Part shown: in pieces, positions 23,694-32,975 of the stretch
How the letters are laid out: each line of letters opens with the position of its first letter
Numbering within the stretch: position 1 is the first letter of the stretch
Virus record (IMG/VR): IMGVR_UViG_3300045988_018139
Length of the DNA stretch: 45,605 bases
Origin: a virus
Strand: one strand, 5' to 3'
Program-made: the position numbers and the translations under genes
Notes under the pieces: model-generated
The model's database searches: none
What the model saw: only the letters and a program-made list of their open reading frames with translations
What the model was told of the DNA's origin: nothing

Positions 23694-25019
23694 TTACTGG
23701 ATGATAACGCTCATGTAGAGCTGGGCCATGGCGTTGACCACGTTGAGCCCATTGACCACGCAGAGGACGGCCTTTTTGCTGTCACCCTGCTCACAGGTCA
23801 CAATCTCCGGGTCAAAGTTCTCCACGGCACGGATGTCATCAAGTTGCTGGATGAGCTTGGTGATGTCCCCCCAGAGGGAGGCACGGCCAGAGGCGTCATT
23901 GGGCACGGTGCCCAGATACTTTTGACCGAACAGCACCGCCACGTCATTGGCAATCTGGTCACACACCCGGATGGTCTGGTTGCTCTGGAAAATCTCCCCC
24001 TTGGTGTCGGACAGGGTGAGCAGGGTGTTGATGTCCTCAAGCACTCTGGTGTCCCCGTTGACGTTATGGAAGATAAACTTGCCAGCCTTGAGGGCCGCCT
24101 CCAGCTCCGCCTGGGTGTAATCCGTGTCAATGGTCAGCTCCCCGTCATACTTGAAGTTGGTGAGGGACTTATTGACCGCACAGCCAGCCTGAGCACCGGC
24201 CACCCAATACACCAGGGAGTGGGTGGGCACGCTGGCAATGGTGGAGTGGGTCACCGTGTTCCACACGCCAATGATGCCCTCATAGTCCGCCGTGGACGGC
24301 TGCCAGGCCACAAGCTGGAATTTGCTGCCCACCTCATCACGGACCCGGCTGCAAAACTGCTGGTAAAGCCGCACGGTGGTGGGGTCAGATGCCGGGCAGC
24401 ACAGGGCATTGTAGGCATAGGGCTCAATTTTGTCCAAAAAGGCCTGGTGGGCCTCGCCGTTGATGGTGGTGGCGTCTGCGCCGCTGGTCAGGGGCATCCC
24501 GGCAGAGGCCTCCAGCTCCGCCTCCGCCTTGAAGTCCACCCAATCATTGCTCACCAGAGCCGTTGCGTCCTCAACGGTCTGAGTGTCAGCGGCCACGCCG
24601 TCCACATAGGTGGTCACGTCCCACAGGTCCGGCTCGTCCACGTTGGCGGCCACCACAATGGTGATGTCGTTGCCTCTCACGCCGCCATACTTAGCCGTGG
24701 CCAGGGTGTTGGAGGCCTTGACGGCCCCGGAGCCCAGGCGGTAGCAATAGACGGTGGTGGCATGGGTGAAAATCTCCCGCAGGGGGAGCATCTTGGGGTG
24801 GTCATAGCCATAGCCGAAAATGGTTTTGCTGTTCTTCTGAAACTCCCCGGAGGTGACAGGGAAAACCGTGCCCTCCGGGCCCCAGCTCAGCTCAAAAGGC
24901 GCTGCCGCATAGCCTCTGTCAGAGAGGGCCGCAGACGCCCTGGGCACACTGGAAAAATTGACATAGTAACCGGGCAGGACCTTGTTTTGGACCTGCCAGG
25001 TGCCGCCGCCCAGCGCCAT
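23694..25019 (-). CDS. Contractile tail sheath protein
   Basis: N-terminus MALGGGTWQVQNKVLPGYYVNF is typical of phage sheath proteins. Length is 441 aa. Confidence 0.85.
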   Translation of the reverse strand: MALGGGTWQVQNKVLPGYYVNFSSVPRASAALSDRGYAAAPFELSWGPEGTVFPVTSGEFQKNSKTIFGYGYDHPKMLPLREIFTHATTVYCYRLGSGAVKASNTLATAKYGGVRGNDITIVVAANVDEPDLWDVTTYVDGVAADTQTVEDATALVSNDWVDFKAEAELEASAGMPLTSGADATTINGEAHQAFLDKIEPYAYNALCCPASDPTTVRLYQQFCSRVRDEVGSKFQLVAWQPSTADYEGIIGVWNTVTHSTIASVPTHSLVYWVAGAQAGCAVNKSLTNFKYDGELTIDTDYTQAELEAALKAGKFIFHNVNGDTRVLEDINTLLTLSDTKGEIFQSNQTIRVCDQIANDVAVLFGQKYLGTVPNDASGRASLWGDITKLIQQLDDIRAVENFDPEIVTCEQGDSKKAVLCVVNGLNVVNAMAQLYMSVIIQ

Positions 25020-25020
25020 A

Positions 25021-25215
25021 TTAGTTCACCTTTCCTTTCATGTACTTCTCAATCAGCCCGTCCACCTCGTTCAAGGTGTAGGCCTTGCCGTCCTCCAGCA
25101 GAGCCCGGATGAGGTCCCGCCGGTTGGCATATCGCTTGGAGGCCACAAGCTGCTCCTTTTTGTAGGTAGCGGCCTCGGTGGCCTTTTCGGCGTTTGTGGT
25201 CTTGGCTTGCGCCAT
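25021..25215 (-). CDS. Hypothetical small protein (64 aa)
   Basis: Tightly packed between structural genes. Confidence 0.55.
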   Translation of the reverse strand: MAQAKTTNAEKATEAATYKKEQLVASKRYANRRDLIRALLEDGKAYTLNEVDGLIEKYMKGKVN

Positions 25216-25217
25216 GC

Positions 25218-25640
25218 TTATCCCTCCATTTCAATATCAAGAGTTTCCATGAGGGTCTGCTCCTGGGGGATGTAGACGTGGTGGTCATAGCTCACCATCA
25301 CATGCAGGACGCCCTCCTCAATGGACCACTCGCAATTTGTGCAATGGATGAGGTCCCCCTCCGGGGTGGTGATGTCCCGCAGCAGCATGATGAGCTGGTC
25401 CGCCACCCCACAGCACTCCGCCGCCCCCACTTTGGGGTAGTAGATGACATCCAGTGTGGGGGTGCGGAGAAACCGCTCCCCCACCTGCCTGGATTGCCCA
25501 GCGGAGGGCATGACCACATTGAAGTCCCCAGGGTTGAGGCCCTGCTTGACGTTCCCGCCATGCACCTGCACGGCAGGAAAAGCGGCGTGCAGCGCAAGGC
25601 TCACGCCGTCATAGATACTGCTAAAACTGATTTCAGACAT
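25218..25640 (-). CDS. Head-tail joining / tail completion protein (family uncertain)
   Basis: Called by synteny only (XkdJ position). Confidence 0.5.
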   Translation of the reverse strand: MSEISFSSIYDGVSLALHAAFPAVQVHGGNVKQGLNPGDFNVVMPSAGQSRQVGERFLRTPTLDVIYYPKVGAAECCGVADQLIMLLRDITTPEGDLIHCTNCEWSIEEGVLHVMVSYDHHVYIPQEQTLMETLDIEMEG

Positions 25641-26124
25641 TGAAAGCCTCCCTCAGCAGCGCCTCCAGCTTTTTCTCAATCACGCTGGGGGCCACCCGCT
25701 CCAGGTCCCGCTCGGATAGGGTCAGGAAATATTGACCCGCCACCCAGCCGCCTCCGCCAGCCGTGCGGTGCCCAAACTCCACATAACTTGCATAGTGGAC
25801 CGGGTTGATGACCTCAATGTAAAAGGTCCGCCCCCGTTTGAACACCGGCAGGGCGTTGGCGTAGGCCGTGGGGTCCACCTTGCCGCCGCCGGAGGCCTCC
25901 GCCTCCGTTTTTGCAGTCCAGCCCCGGCGCAGGGTGCCGCCCTTTTTCCCGCTGCTCCGTGGGTATTGCCCCACGGGTGTGCGGGGGATGACCAGGGCCA
26001 GCAGCCGGGCCGCCAGCTCTTTGGACACGTCCTCACAGAATTTGTCCAGGTCCATGTCCTGGAGCTTTTGCAGGTTGTCCCGGAGCCGCTGGAGCTGCTT
26101 ATAATCGACATTGCCCCAGCGCAT
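25633..26124 (-). CDS. HK97 gp10-family head-tail component
   Basis: The pattern DKFCEDVSKELAARLLALVIPRTPVGQY...GGTLRRGW...YASYVEFGHR is typical of gp10-like proteins. A TAATG overlap occurs at 26124. Confidence 0.7.
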   Translation of the reverse strand: MRWGNVDYKQLQRLRDNLQKLQDMDLDKFCEDVSKELAARLLALVIPRTPVGQYPRSSGKKGGTLRRGWTAKTEAEASGGGKVDPTAYANALPVFKRGRTFYIEVINPVHYASYVEFGHRTAGGGGWVAGQYFLTLSERDLERVAPSVIEKKLEALLREAFNV

Positions 26125-26492
26125 TAGGCCCACTCCTTGAAAAGCTCCAGGGGCACCTCCTGGTGGCAGGTGTAAACGGCGGGCTTGCCACTCCTCTCAT
26201 AGTCACGGGTGACGCCGTTCTGGGTCACCGTGATTTTTGACCCCTCCGGGATGTCCACAGAGGGGTCAATGTAGAGCGTCACGGTCTGGGCCACCAGCGC
26301 TGCCTCCTGGGTGGGCTCTGTGCTCTTGACGGTCTGGTGGGAGATGCGGCAGGGCAGGCCGGAGGCTGTCACTTGTTCCACCGGCTCCGTGCGGCCATTG
26401 GCAGGGTTGAGAACACCCTGCCGCACGGTGATGGTGGCCAGGCCCGTCCAAAGGCTCTGGATGGCCTTTTTGTAGGCGGCGGGGATTACCAC
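26124..26492 (-). CDS. Head closure / head-tail adaptor protein
   Basis: Called by synteny. GTG start lies 5 nt after GGAGG. Confidence 0.55.
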   Translation of the reverse strand: MVIPAAYKKAIQSLWTGLATITVRQGVLNPANGRTEPVEQVTASGLPCRISHQTVKSTEPTQEAALVAQTVTLYIDPSVDIPEGSKITVTQNGVTRDYERSGKPAVYTCHQEVPLELFKEWA

Positions 26493-26884
26493 CGCAGCCT
26501 CCGAAAAGCCGCCATGATGCTCTCTGCCGGGTGCCTGAGCTGGTCCAGCAGAGCGTCAAAGCGGCTTTCTGCATTGCTCGCTCCATCGCTGGCTCCGGCA
26601 AAGGTCACGGAGATGTCCCCCTCCGTGATGCTTTTGGCGGGGGCATCAAAATCAAAGCCCTCACCCAGCCCTCCGGCGGCTTTCTTATCAAACAGAAATT
26701 GACCGGCCACCATATCCACAAGGGTATAAAAAAGAGGAGGCGGGAGCTCTCGGTGGTTGATGTTCGCCAAAAGCTCCGCCTCACACTTGTGGATGAGGTA
26801 TTCAAGGCCGGTTTTGTCAGCGTCCGTGACGGTGTAGCCCAGCATGGCCAGCCGGGCCACCACGGCCTCATACACGGTCATCAT
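26486..26884 (-). CDS. Head-tail connector (gp6-like) protein
   Basis: Called by synteny, directly after the capsid gene. Confidence 0.55.
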   Translation of the reverse strand: MMTVYEAVVARLAMLGYTVTDADKTGLEYLIHKCEAELLANINHRELPPPLFYTLVDMVAGQFLFDKKAAGGLGEGFDFDAPAKSITEGDISVTFAGASDGASNAESRFDALLDQLRHPAESIMAAFRRLRW

Positions 26885-26889
26885 TGTCC

Positions 26890-28062
26890 TTAGCCTCTGG
26901 AGAGGATGCGGGCAATGGGGATGGCCTTGTGGGCGATGTAGGAGCGGTCGTTTTCCTCCGCCTCGCCAGAGTGGACCAGGACCCAGTTGGCACCGTTGGA
27001 CAGCTCTGCATCCGTGGGGGAGAGAGTGGTCTGGCTGGCCTTTTCATAGGAGATACCATAGGGGGCAAAGACCTTGCGCTGACGGGTGTAGAGAGTGTCC
27101 ACGCCGCCGTCCGTCTTGGGGTCACGGGCCATTTCATAGGGGACCTTGGCACCAATGTCCTCAAAGCTGATTGCACCCTCACCCAGCACATAGGTGACAT
27201 ACTGAGTGCCGGGGACCACATAGCTGTCCGCCGCCGGGGTGCCCTCGCCAAAGTAGGGGGTGACCTCCGCCTGGTTAATCTGGCCAGCGGTAGCGCCGGA
27301 GGCCTTGACCTGGAGCGCTCCCTCATCGGAGGCGCTGGCGGGGAAATAGCCGTCCGTGGCGGGCATCCCATCATCCACCACAACGGTCTTGCCGTTCCAG
27401 GTGTAGAGGGTCAGGTCACGGGTCACGCCGTTCTTGTCGGTGTACTTGAGAGCGGTGAGCAGGTTGAGGTTTTCCAGGTTGGTGGCCACAACGGAGTGCA
27501 TGAACACCAGGGAAAAACGGCGCTTGCGGTCACCGCAGGCCTGGGCGGTGGCGCTGTTCATGGTGGTGGCCTCCATGTTGCCCGCCACCTCATAGGTGTG
27601 CTTGGACACAAACTCGGCGCTTTGGCCGCCGGTCATGGCAAAGACGCCCTTGAGGACGGCCAGGATGGTGTCCTGGTCAATGTCCTGCCAATACTCGGAA
27701 ACCTGCTGGGCCACATTGTCCATCCAGTCAATGCCGCCGGTGATGTCAAAGGAAAAATCCTTTTCAGTCCAGGCCTTGGCACGGCCTACCACCACAACAC
27801 CCTGCTCAAAGGTCTTGGTGGAGGTGGCGTCAATGTCGGTCTGGCCGTCATAGTTCACGGCATCGCCGTCCAGCAGGCCCCGCATGGCGATGCGGGCATA
27901 GCCGGTGCCGCCCTGGGTGCTGAAAACGTCCCGGATGTCGGGGTTGCCTGCCAGCGCTCTGGATTTCCGCATTTCATTGAGGCGGGTGCGGGGGATGCGG
28001 TCCACCGCATACTTGAAAGCCTGGGGATTGAAAGACTTGGCATCAAACTTGGTGTTAGGCAT
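26890..28062 (-). CDS. Major capsid protein
   Basis: 390 aa, following the scaffold gene. AAGGAAG RBS is present. The composition looks like a highly expressed gene. Confidence 0.8.
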   Translation of the reverse strand: MPNTKFDAKSFNPQAFKYAVDRIPRTRLNEMRKSRALAGNPDIRDVFSTQGGTGYARIAMRGLLDGDAVNYDGQTDIDATSTKTFEQGVVVVGRAKAWTEKDFSFDITGGIDWMDNVAQQVSEYWQDIDQDTILAVLKGVFAMTGGQSAEFVSKHTYEVAGNMEATTMNSATAQACGDRKRRFSLVFMHSVVATNLENLNLLTALKYTDKNGVTRDLTLYTWNGKTVVVDDGMPATDGYFPASASDEGALQVKASGATAGQINQAEVTPYFGEGTPAADSYVVPGTQYVTYVLGEGAISFEDIGAKVPYEMARDPKTDGGVDTLYTRQRKVFAPYGISYEKASQTTLSPTDAELSNGANWVLVHSGEAEENDRSYIAHKAIPIARILSRG

Positions 28063-28085
28063 AGTTCAATCTTCCTTTCTGAAAA

Positions 28086-28445
28086 TTAGTCGGTGTTGGT
28101 CTTGCGTTTACGGCCCTTTGGGGCCTCTTTGGTGCCGGTGGCATCACTGTCCTCCGGCTCATCCTCCGGGCCGTCCTGGGCCGCCTCTGTGCCCGCAGGG
28201 GCCAGACGGTCCATGACTTCCTGGACAATGGCCTCCGCAAGTTCCTGGGTCAGCCGGATGGCCAGCTCTTTGGCCATGGCATCCGTCAGCTCTTTCACGG
28301 AGGAGATATTGTCCGCAATGTACTGCACCACGGCCTCCTGGGTGCGGGGCAGGGATGCGGCGGGCTTGCCGGTCAGCTTGGCCGCCAGATTTCTCAAGGC
28401 GTCCTCAAAAGACACGGCTTTTGTGGGGGTTGTAATGTTTCGCAT
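28086..28445 (-). CDS. Hypothetical protein with acidic then basic C-terminal tail
   Basis: The ATG at 28443-28445 follows GAGGTG. It lies between scaffold and capsid. Confidence 0.55.
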   Translation of the reverse strand: MRNITTPTKAVSFEDALRNLAAKLTGKPAASLPRTQEAVVQYIADNISSVKELTDAMAKELAIRLTQELAEAIVQEVMDRLAPAGTEAAQDGPEDEPEDSDATGTKEAPKGRKRKTNTD

Positions 28446-28456
28446 GATTGCACCTC

Positions 28457-29107
28457 TCAATCCAGCTTTGCGTCAGGATTTTCGGCCAGGTACGCCGCCA
28501 GCTCAGAGTAGGACATCTCAGAGGGCTTTTTCCCCTCTCCGGGTTTCCGCCCGTCACCGCTCTCTCCGGGTTTCCAGCCCTCATACTTGGGGGCGCTCCC
28601 AAAGAGAAAGTCCGTGGAGGCGTCCTTTTTCAGAGCCTCAACTTTGGCGGCCAGTGTGATGCTCTCATCGCCCACCTTGGCCACCACCTTGCCGTCCACA
28701 ATCTTGGCGTCCTTGAGGTAGTCGGCCAGGACCGCTTTGACGGCCACGGTGTTCTTGGCTCCGGCGGCGGTGAGCTCGGCATCCACGGCAGAGGACAGCC
28801 GGACAGCGACCAGCTCTTTCTCATAGTTGGCCCGGTCCGCTTTGGCCTGCTGCTCCAGTTCGCCAATCTTGCGGGTCAGCTCCTCATTGTCGCCAGCGGA
28901 CTTTTTCAGCTCCTCAAGCTGCTTGGCGTGTCCCTTGGCGGCCTCCTCAAGCTGGCCCACCTGGGCCTCCAGCTCCTTGACACGGGTGTTTTTGGCGTTG
29001 AAGTCCGCACGGGCAACAAAGTCTTTGCCAATCGCCTGGCAGGCGGCGGCATCCATCTCCTCCGTGTAGGCCTCGCCAATGATTTCCTTGAGCCATAAAA
29101 GTTTCAT
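28457..29107 (-). CDS. Capsid scaffolding protein (GP20-like, coiled coil)
   Basis: The coiled-coil-rich sequence (KELEAQVGQLEEAAKGHAKQLEELKK...) and its position upstream of the capsid gene fit a scaffold. Confidence 0.75.
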   Translation of the reverse strand: MKLLWLKEIIGEAYTEEMDAAACQAIGKDFVARADFNAKNTRVKELEAQVGQLEEAAKGHAKQLEELKKSAGDNEELTRKIGELEQQAKADRANYEKELVAVRLSSAVDAELTAAGAKNTVAVKAVLADYLKDAKIVDGKVVAKVGDESITLAAKVEALKKDASTDFLFGSAPKYEGWKPGESGDGRKPGEGKKPSEMSYSELAAYLAENPDAKLD

Positions 29108-29206
29108 GTGTGTTACCTCCTGTTATCTGCTTTCCTTGTGTCCGGCCAGTCCCGGTATGGCAGCGCCCCTGGTAGTTTCCGCCGGGGCCCAGCGGTATTT
29201 GGGTAT

Positions 29207-29237
29207 GAAAAAAGCACCGTGCTTTTCAGCACGATGC
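29207..29237 (-). terminator. Rho-independent terminator after the 83-aa ORF
   Basis: On the minus strand the hairpin GCATCGTGC-tgaaaa-GCACGGTGC is followed by TTTTTTC. Confidence 0.6.
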
Positions 29238-29250
29238 TTTCATCATCGGG

Positions 29251-29502
29251 TCAGTTGAGGACATCCGGGTCCGGGTCCTCCAGCTCTGTCCAGAGCTCGG
29301 TGAGCGGCGTGTCACCCTGGAGGTCCGTGAGGACCTGCTCAATGGTGGCATCCGCCGGGGGTGAAAAGGCGGCGTCCTCCAGCTCATAGACAAAGCCGCC
29401 GCCCGGCTCCTCCCAGAAAAAGCTCCCGCCGTTCTTTTCGGCGTAGGCCGTGACGGCCTCCTGGAGCTCCTTGTGTGCAAAGTATTCAACGGGCGTCATC
29501 AT
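29251..29502 (-). CDS. Small acidic protein (83 aa), candidate immunity/inhibitor for the MuF C-terminal domain
   Basis: An ATGA overlap links it to the MuF stop. It is strongly acidic and is followed by a terminator. The function is inferred from context only. Confidence 0.6.
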   Translation of the reverse strand: MMTPVEYFAHKELQEAVTAYAEKNGGSFFWEEPGGGFVYELEDAAFSPPADATIEQVLTDLQGDTPLTELWTELEDPDPDVLN

Positions 29503-31265
29503 ATCATCCCTTTCAATAGTTTCTCAAACTCCGCCAAAGCGGTGGGGAAATACTGCTGCATCAATGCGTAGCGGTCAGCGTCAAACTGAGCCGCAAACAT
29601 GTGGGCAAAGGCCTCCTTTTCCAGCATCCCGGAGTATGTCCAGTAAACGGTGCGGTGGCCATAGTTGCCACGGGCCCTGTTGCGGGACAGCCCACCGAAC
29701 AGGTCAGAAACGGCGTTGTGCGTTGCATCCATGAGCTCCTGGGCCACGATTGCATAGGCGTCCGTCTTTTTTCTGGTGCCGTGCGCTTTCATGGTGGCCT
29801 TGATGTAGTTGTCGAAGTCCGCCCGCAGGGCGTTTCCGAAGTCTGCCGATTGCAGAGAGGTGAAACCGCTCCCTGGGCAAGACATAAAATCAACATAATG
29901 ACCGTGCTCATGGAAAAAGGTGGTTGCCGGGCCTCTGGGGTCGGTCATGTCGTTTGCAAAGTTCATGTTGACCTTTTGCGTGCGGCTGTCAAAATGCGGC
30001 GTGCCGGAGAAAGCCCCATCCGCCACGGAGCCGGGCTGCACATAGCGGTCAAAGACGGCTTGGGCGGTCTGATTTCCGGCGGAGTAGTGCTGCTCCAGGG
30101 CGTCCGTGTAACCGCTTGGAGCCGTGGGCAAGCTCTGCATCACGCTCTGAAAATGAGTGCCTGCCGTTGTGGCCATTGTACCACCAGCGGAGGCCGTTGG
30201 CAAACCTGGGGTTGGTCCCTGCACAAAGCTCTGCCGCCATTGCTCAAAGGTGGTGTTGGTGGGGACCTTTCTGGTGGTGCCGTCTGGGTTGCGTGTCCAG
30301 CGCTCTCCCAGGCCCACCATGTCCTCAAAGTAGGGAGCCGTGCAGCACCGGCACCACGGATGAAACGGCGGAGCGGTGAGCCCCACCTGGTAGTCCGACA
30401 TTTTGAACACCTTGCCGTCCAGCGCAGAGCACAGCCCGCAGGTGTCCCGGTCAAAGGAGGCCACAATCACATAGCGCTCCACGCCCAGGGAGTTGAAACA
30501 GTCCTTTTGAGCGGCGCTGGAGAAATAGGCGCTCTCTGTCATCACCAGGCGGCCCGCTTTGGAGCGGGACACCTCAAACTGCTTGGAGATGGCGGAGATG
30601 GCCCGGTCAGGAGCCTCCCCCCGTATAATCATTTGGGTGAGCTGGGTGTTTACGCTGTTCACAAGGCTCTGCTTGTTGGTCCAGCAGCGGTCACGGAAAG
30701 TCTGGCCGTCCGTGGTCCATGGCCGGGAGAGCACCTTTGTGATGGTGCCCTCGTTGACGGCCTGCATGGTCCAGCCCACGCCCAGGCCCCTTTGGACCTC
30801 ATAGGCCGTGTGGTAAAAGCTCCCGGCGTAGGATTGCCGAGCAGCCCGGTCTATGTAATCAAGCTGGTTGGAATATAGGAGCTCCGCCTGCTGCTGGAGC
30901 TGGATTTTGAGAGCGTCCAGCCGGGAGATGTGGACCCTGGCGCTGGCGTTCTCCAGCTCTTTCATCCAGGCCCCGGTGAGGGCGTTTTCCTCACCGTGCT
31001 TGATGTACTCCTCCACAGTCCAGCGAAACTCCGCCAGCTCATCACTGTTGAGCAGGCGCTTGGCGTCCGCCAGGGTGATGTCATTGTTGGCAGCAAAACG
31101 TCTGTACCAGGTGGAGAGCTGCCGCTCAATCTCTGCCTCAGCGGCTCGGAATTGGGCGTCCAGGTTCTCCACATAGGAGTAGGATTGGTCCAGCAGGGCG
31201 TCCTCCATGTTTTTCATGCGCTGGGCCCAATAGTCAGCGTTGCGCTGGAGGTTATTCCTGGGCAT
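29499..31265 (-). CDS. Head morphogenesis protein (SPP1 gp7/MuF family) fused to a C-terminal HExxH zincin-like domain
   Basis: MuF signature LTAPPFHPWCRCCTAPY lies at aa 299-315 of the listed ORF. After a Pro/Gly/Thr linker there is a domain of about 215 aa carrying FFHEHGHYVD (nt 29898-29912). The start is ATG at 31263-31265 or GTG at 31274. Confidence 0.8.
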   Translation of the reverse strand: MPRNNLQRNADYWAQRMKNMEDALLDQSYSYVENLDAQFRAAEAEIERQLSTWYRRFAANNDITLADAKRLLNSDELAEFRWTVEEYIKHGEENALTGAWMKELENASARVHISRLDALKIQLQQQAELLYSNQLDYIDRAARQSYAGSFYHTAYEVQRGLGVGWTMQAVNEGTITKVLSRPWTTDGQTFRDRCWTNKQSLVNSVNTQLTQMIIRGEAPDRAISAISKQFEVSRSKAGRLVMTESAYFSSAAQKDCFNSLGVERYVIVASFDRDTCGLCSALDGKVFKMSDYQVGLTAPPFHPWCRCCTAPYFEDMVGLGERWTRNPDGTTRKVPTNTTFEQWRQSFVQGPTPGLPTASAGGTMATTAGTHFQSVMQSLPTAPSGYTDALEQHYSAGNQTAQAVFDRYVQPGSVADGAFSGTPHFDSRTQKVNMNFANDMTDPRGPATTFFHEHGHYVDFMSCPGSGFTSLQSADFGNALRADFDNYIKATMKAHGTRKKTDAYAIVAQELMDATHNAVSDLFGGLSRNRARGNYGHRTVYWTYSGMLEKEAFAHMFAAQFDADRYALMQQYFPTALAEFEKLLKGMI

Positions 31266-32787
31266 CGCCGTCACCGCCGTCCTGGCCGGTCACGGGGTTG
31301 CCGCCAGAGCCGCCCCCGCCGTTCTGCCGGTTGGCCATAAAGGCGGCCTGGTAGGGGTCCGCCATGGCCTCCTCCTTTTCCTCCTTGATGCGCTGGAGCT
31401 CCTGCTCCGGGTCAGACACCCAGGGGTGCATTTTCACGATGGTTTCATCGGAGAGGATGCCCACAGAGTTCTTGCAGTTATTGATGGCCTCAGTTTCGTT
31501 GATGAGGACATCCCGGTCAAAGATGACCTTGACCTCCTCACCCTCAAAGCTCCGCTGGCCGGTGTTGGCCAGGTGTTTGTTGACAAACCAAAGCAGTTCC
31601 TCCATGGAGGCTTGAAACTCCATCTCAATGCCGTTGGCATCCAGGTCAACGGCAGAGTACATGCTCTGTATATTCATCTGGTTGGGGTTTCCGCTCATGC
31701 GGTCATCCTTGGCATCGTAGCCCCTGGCGTTCTCAATGATGGCGTCCTTGAGCAGAGAGAGCAGCACCTTGTAGTTTTCGGCGTTGACCTCAATCTGGAG
31801 CGTGTCCACGCCGCCCTCAGAGCCCTCAAAGGAGCGGACCTTGATGATGCCATAGGTGGCCAGGTTGGCCCGGAGCCGCCCCAGGTCCTCCCCGTCATAG
31901 TTCTTGATGACCAGGATGGTGGAGTGGATGTCCTCCTCCATCTGGTTGGCAAAGTTGGAAATGACATCGTTATAGGCATCTTGCAGACACTTGACCCTGG
32001 AGAGCAGGGGGATTTCATGGTGGGAGCTCTTAAAGCACACCAGGGGGATGCGCTCCCAATTATAGCCGGTTTCCTCGCCGGTCTGTGGGTCCGTGGTGGT
32101 GATATACGGCCCGGAGCGCTCATAATCGTCCGGCACCAGCGTCCCGTCATCATTGCGGATAAAGCAATCCACCCCGCCGCCGTGCATGACCTCCACCTTG
32201 ACCACATCCTTGGTCTGTTCGGTTTCGTCATACTCCAGCACCACATAGACGTGGACGGCAGCATCCAGGATGGTGTGGTCAGCATCCGCCCAAAAGGGCA
32301 GGACCTCATCCGCCGGAAAACGCTTGAAAGCCAGCTCCCCGTTTTCGTAGTAGGGATAAAGCCAGCTTTTGCCGCCTATCCAGGCCCCCTCACCAATGTT
32401 GTGCATGGTCCGGCGGAAACGGGGGCCGAACACAGAGGCCAGCGCCGCCGCATATTCCTTGTTTTCTGTGTCGAAAGAAAAGGGCTTGCCAAAGGAATAG
32501 TTGGTTTTCTGGTCCACCATCTTGGCATAGATGTTGTTGACCAGCCGGTTGTTGGGCAGGTGGTCCAGCACCTTGACCTTTCCGTCATCGTCCAGGGCAA
32601 TGCGCTTGCGGTGGAGCACGTCCTGGGCCCCGTCATAGTAGGCCTCGCCGTCAAGCTGCCGCTTGCGCTCTTTGGAGCCCAGCCAGGCCGTGATTTCAAG
32701 CTCCAAAAAGCGCTTGTCCGTCATGCCCCGGCGGAAATTCGTGGCCGCCCGGCCCACGCAGTCATCCCGTAAATTAAGCACCACCAC
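31252..32787 (-). CDS. Portal protein (SPP1 gp6-like)
   Basis: About 510 aa, located between TerL and MuF. N-terminal pattern is ...RQLDGEAYYDG...HRKR. GTG start lies 9 nt after AAGGAGG. Confidence 0.8.
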   Translation of the reverse strand: MVVLNLRDDCVGRAATNFRRGMTDKRFLELEITAWLGSKERKRQLDGEAYYDGAQDVLHRKRIALDDDGKVKVLDHLPNNRLVNNIYAKMVDQKTNYSFGKPFSFDTENKEYAAALASVFGPRFRRTMHNIGEGAWIGGKSWLYPYYENGELAFKRFPADEVLPFWADADHTILDAAVHVYVVLEYDETEQTKDVVKVEVMHGGGVDCFIRNDDGTLVPDDYERSGPYITTTDPQTGEETGYNWERIPLVCFKSSHHEIPLLSRVKCLQDAYNDVISNFANQMEEDIHSTILVIKNYDGEDLGRLRANLATYGIIKVRSFEGSEGGVDTLQIEVNAENYKVLLSLLKDAIIENARGYDAKDDRMSGNPNQMNIQSMYSAVDLDANGIEMEFQASMEELLWFVNKHLANTGQRSFEGEEVKVIFDRDVLINETEAINNCKNSVGILSDETIVKMHPWVSDPEQELQRIKEEKEEAMADPYQAAFMANRQNGGGGSGGNPVTGQDGGDGDAQE

Positions 32788-32793
32788 CGTGCA

Positions 32794-32967
32794 TCACCTC
32801 CTTTGCCTGATTGTCTGGGGGGGGGGGTTGAAACCAATGGGCCGGGCCTTGCTCTTTTCCAGCGTGAGGGTCTGGCCTGGGAGCTCCACCTCAATCCGCA
32901 AGGTGCGGTATGGCAAGCGCTCCGCCCATTGTTCGATTTTGTTTAACACATATTGCTGCTCAAACAT
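32794..32967 (-). CDS. Small hypothetical protein (57 aa) containing a C11 homopolymer
   Basis: The ATG at 32965-32967 follows GAGGTG. It lies between TerL and portal. Confidence 0.45.
   Translation of the reverse strand: MFEQQYVLNKIEQWAERLPYRTLRIEVELPGQTLTLEKSKARPIGFNPPPQTIRQRR
32817..32827. repeat. G11 homopolymer (C11 on the coding strand, encodes N-PPP-Q)
   Basis: Counted directly from ...ttgtct ggggggggggg ttg... Confidence 0.9.
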
Positions 32968-32975
32968 GGCACACC

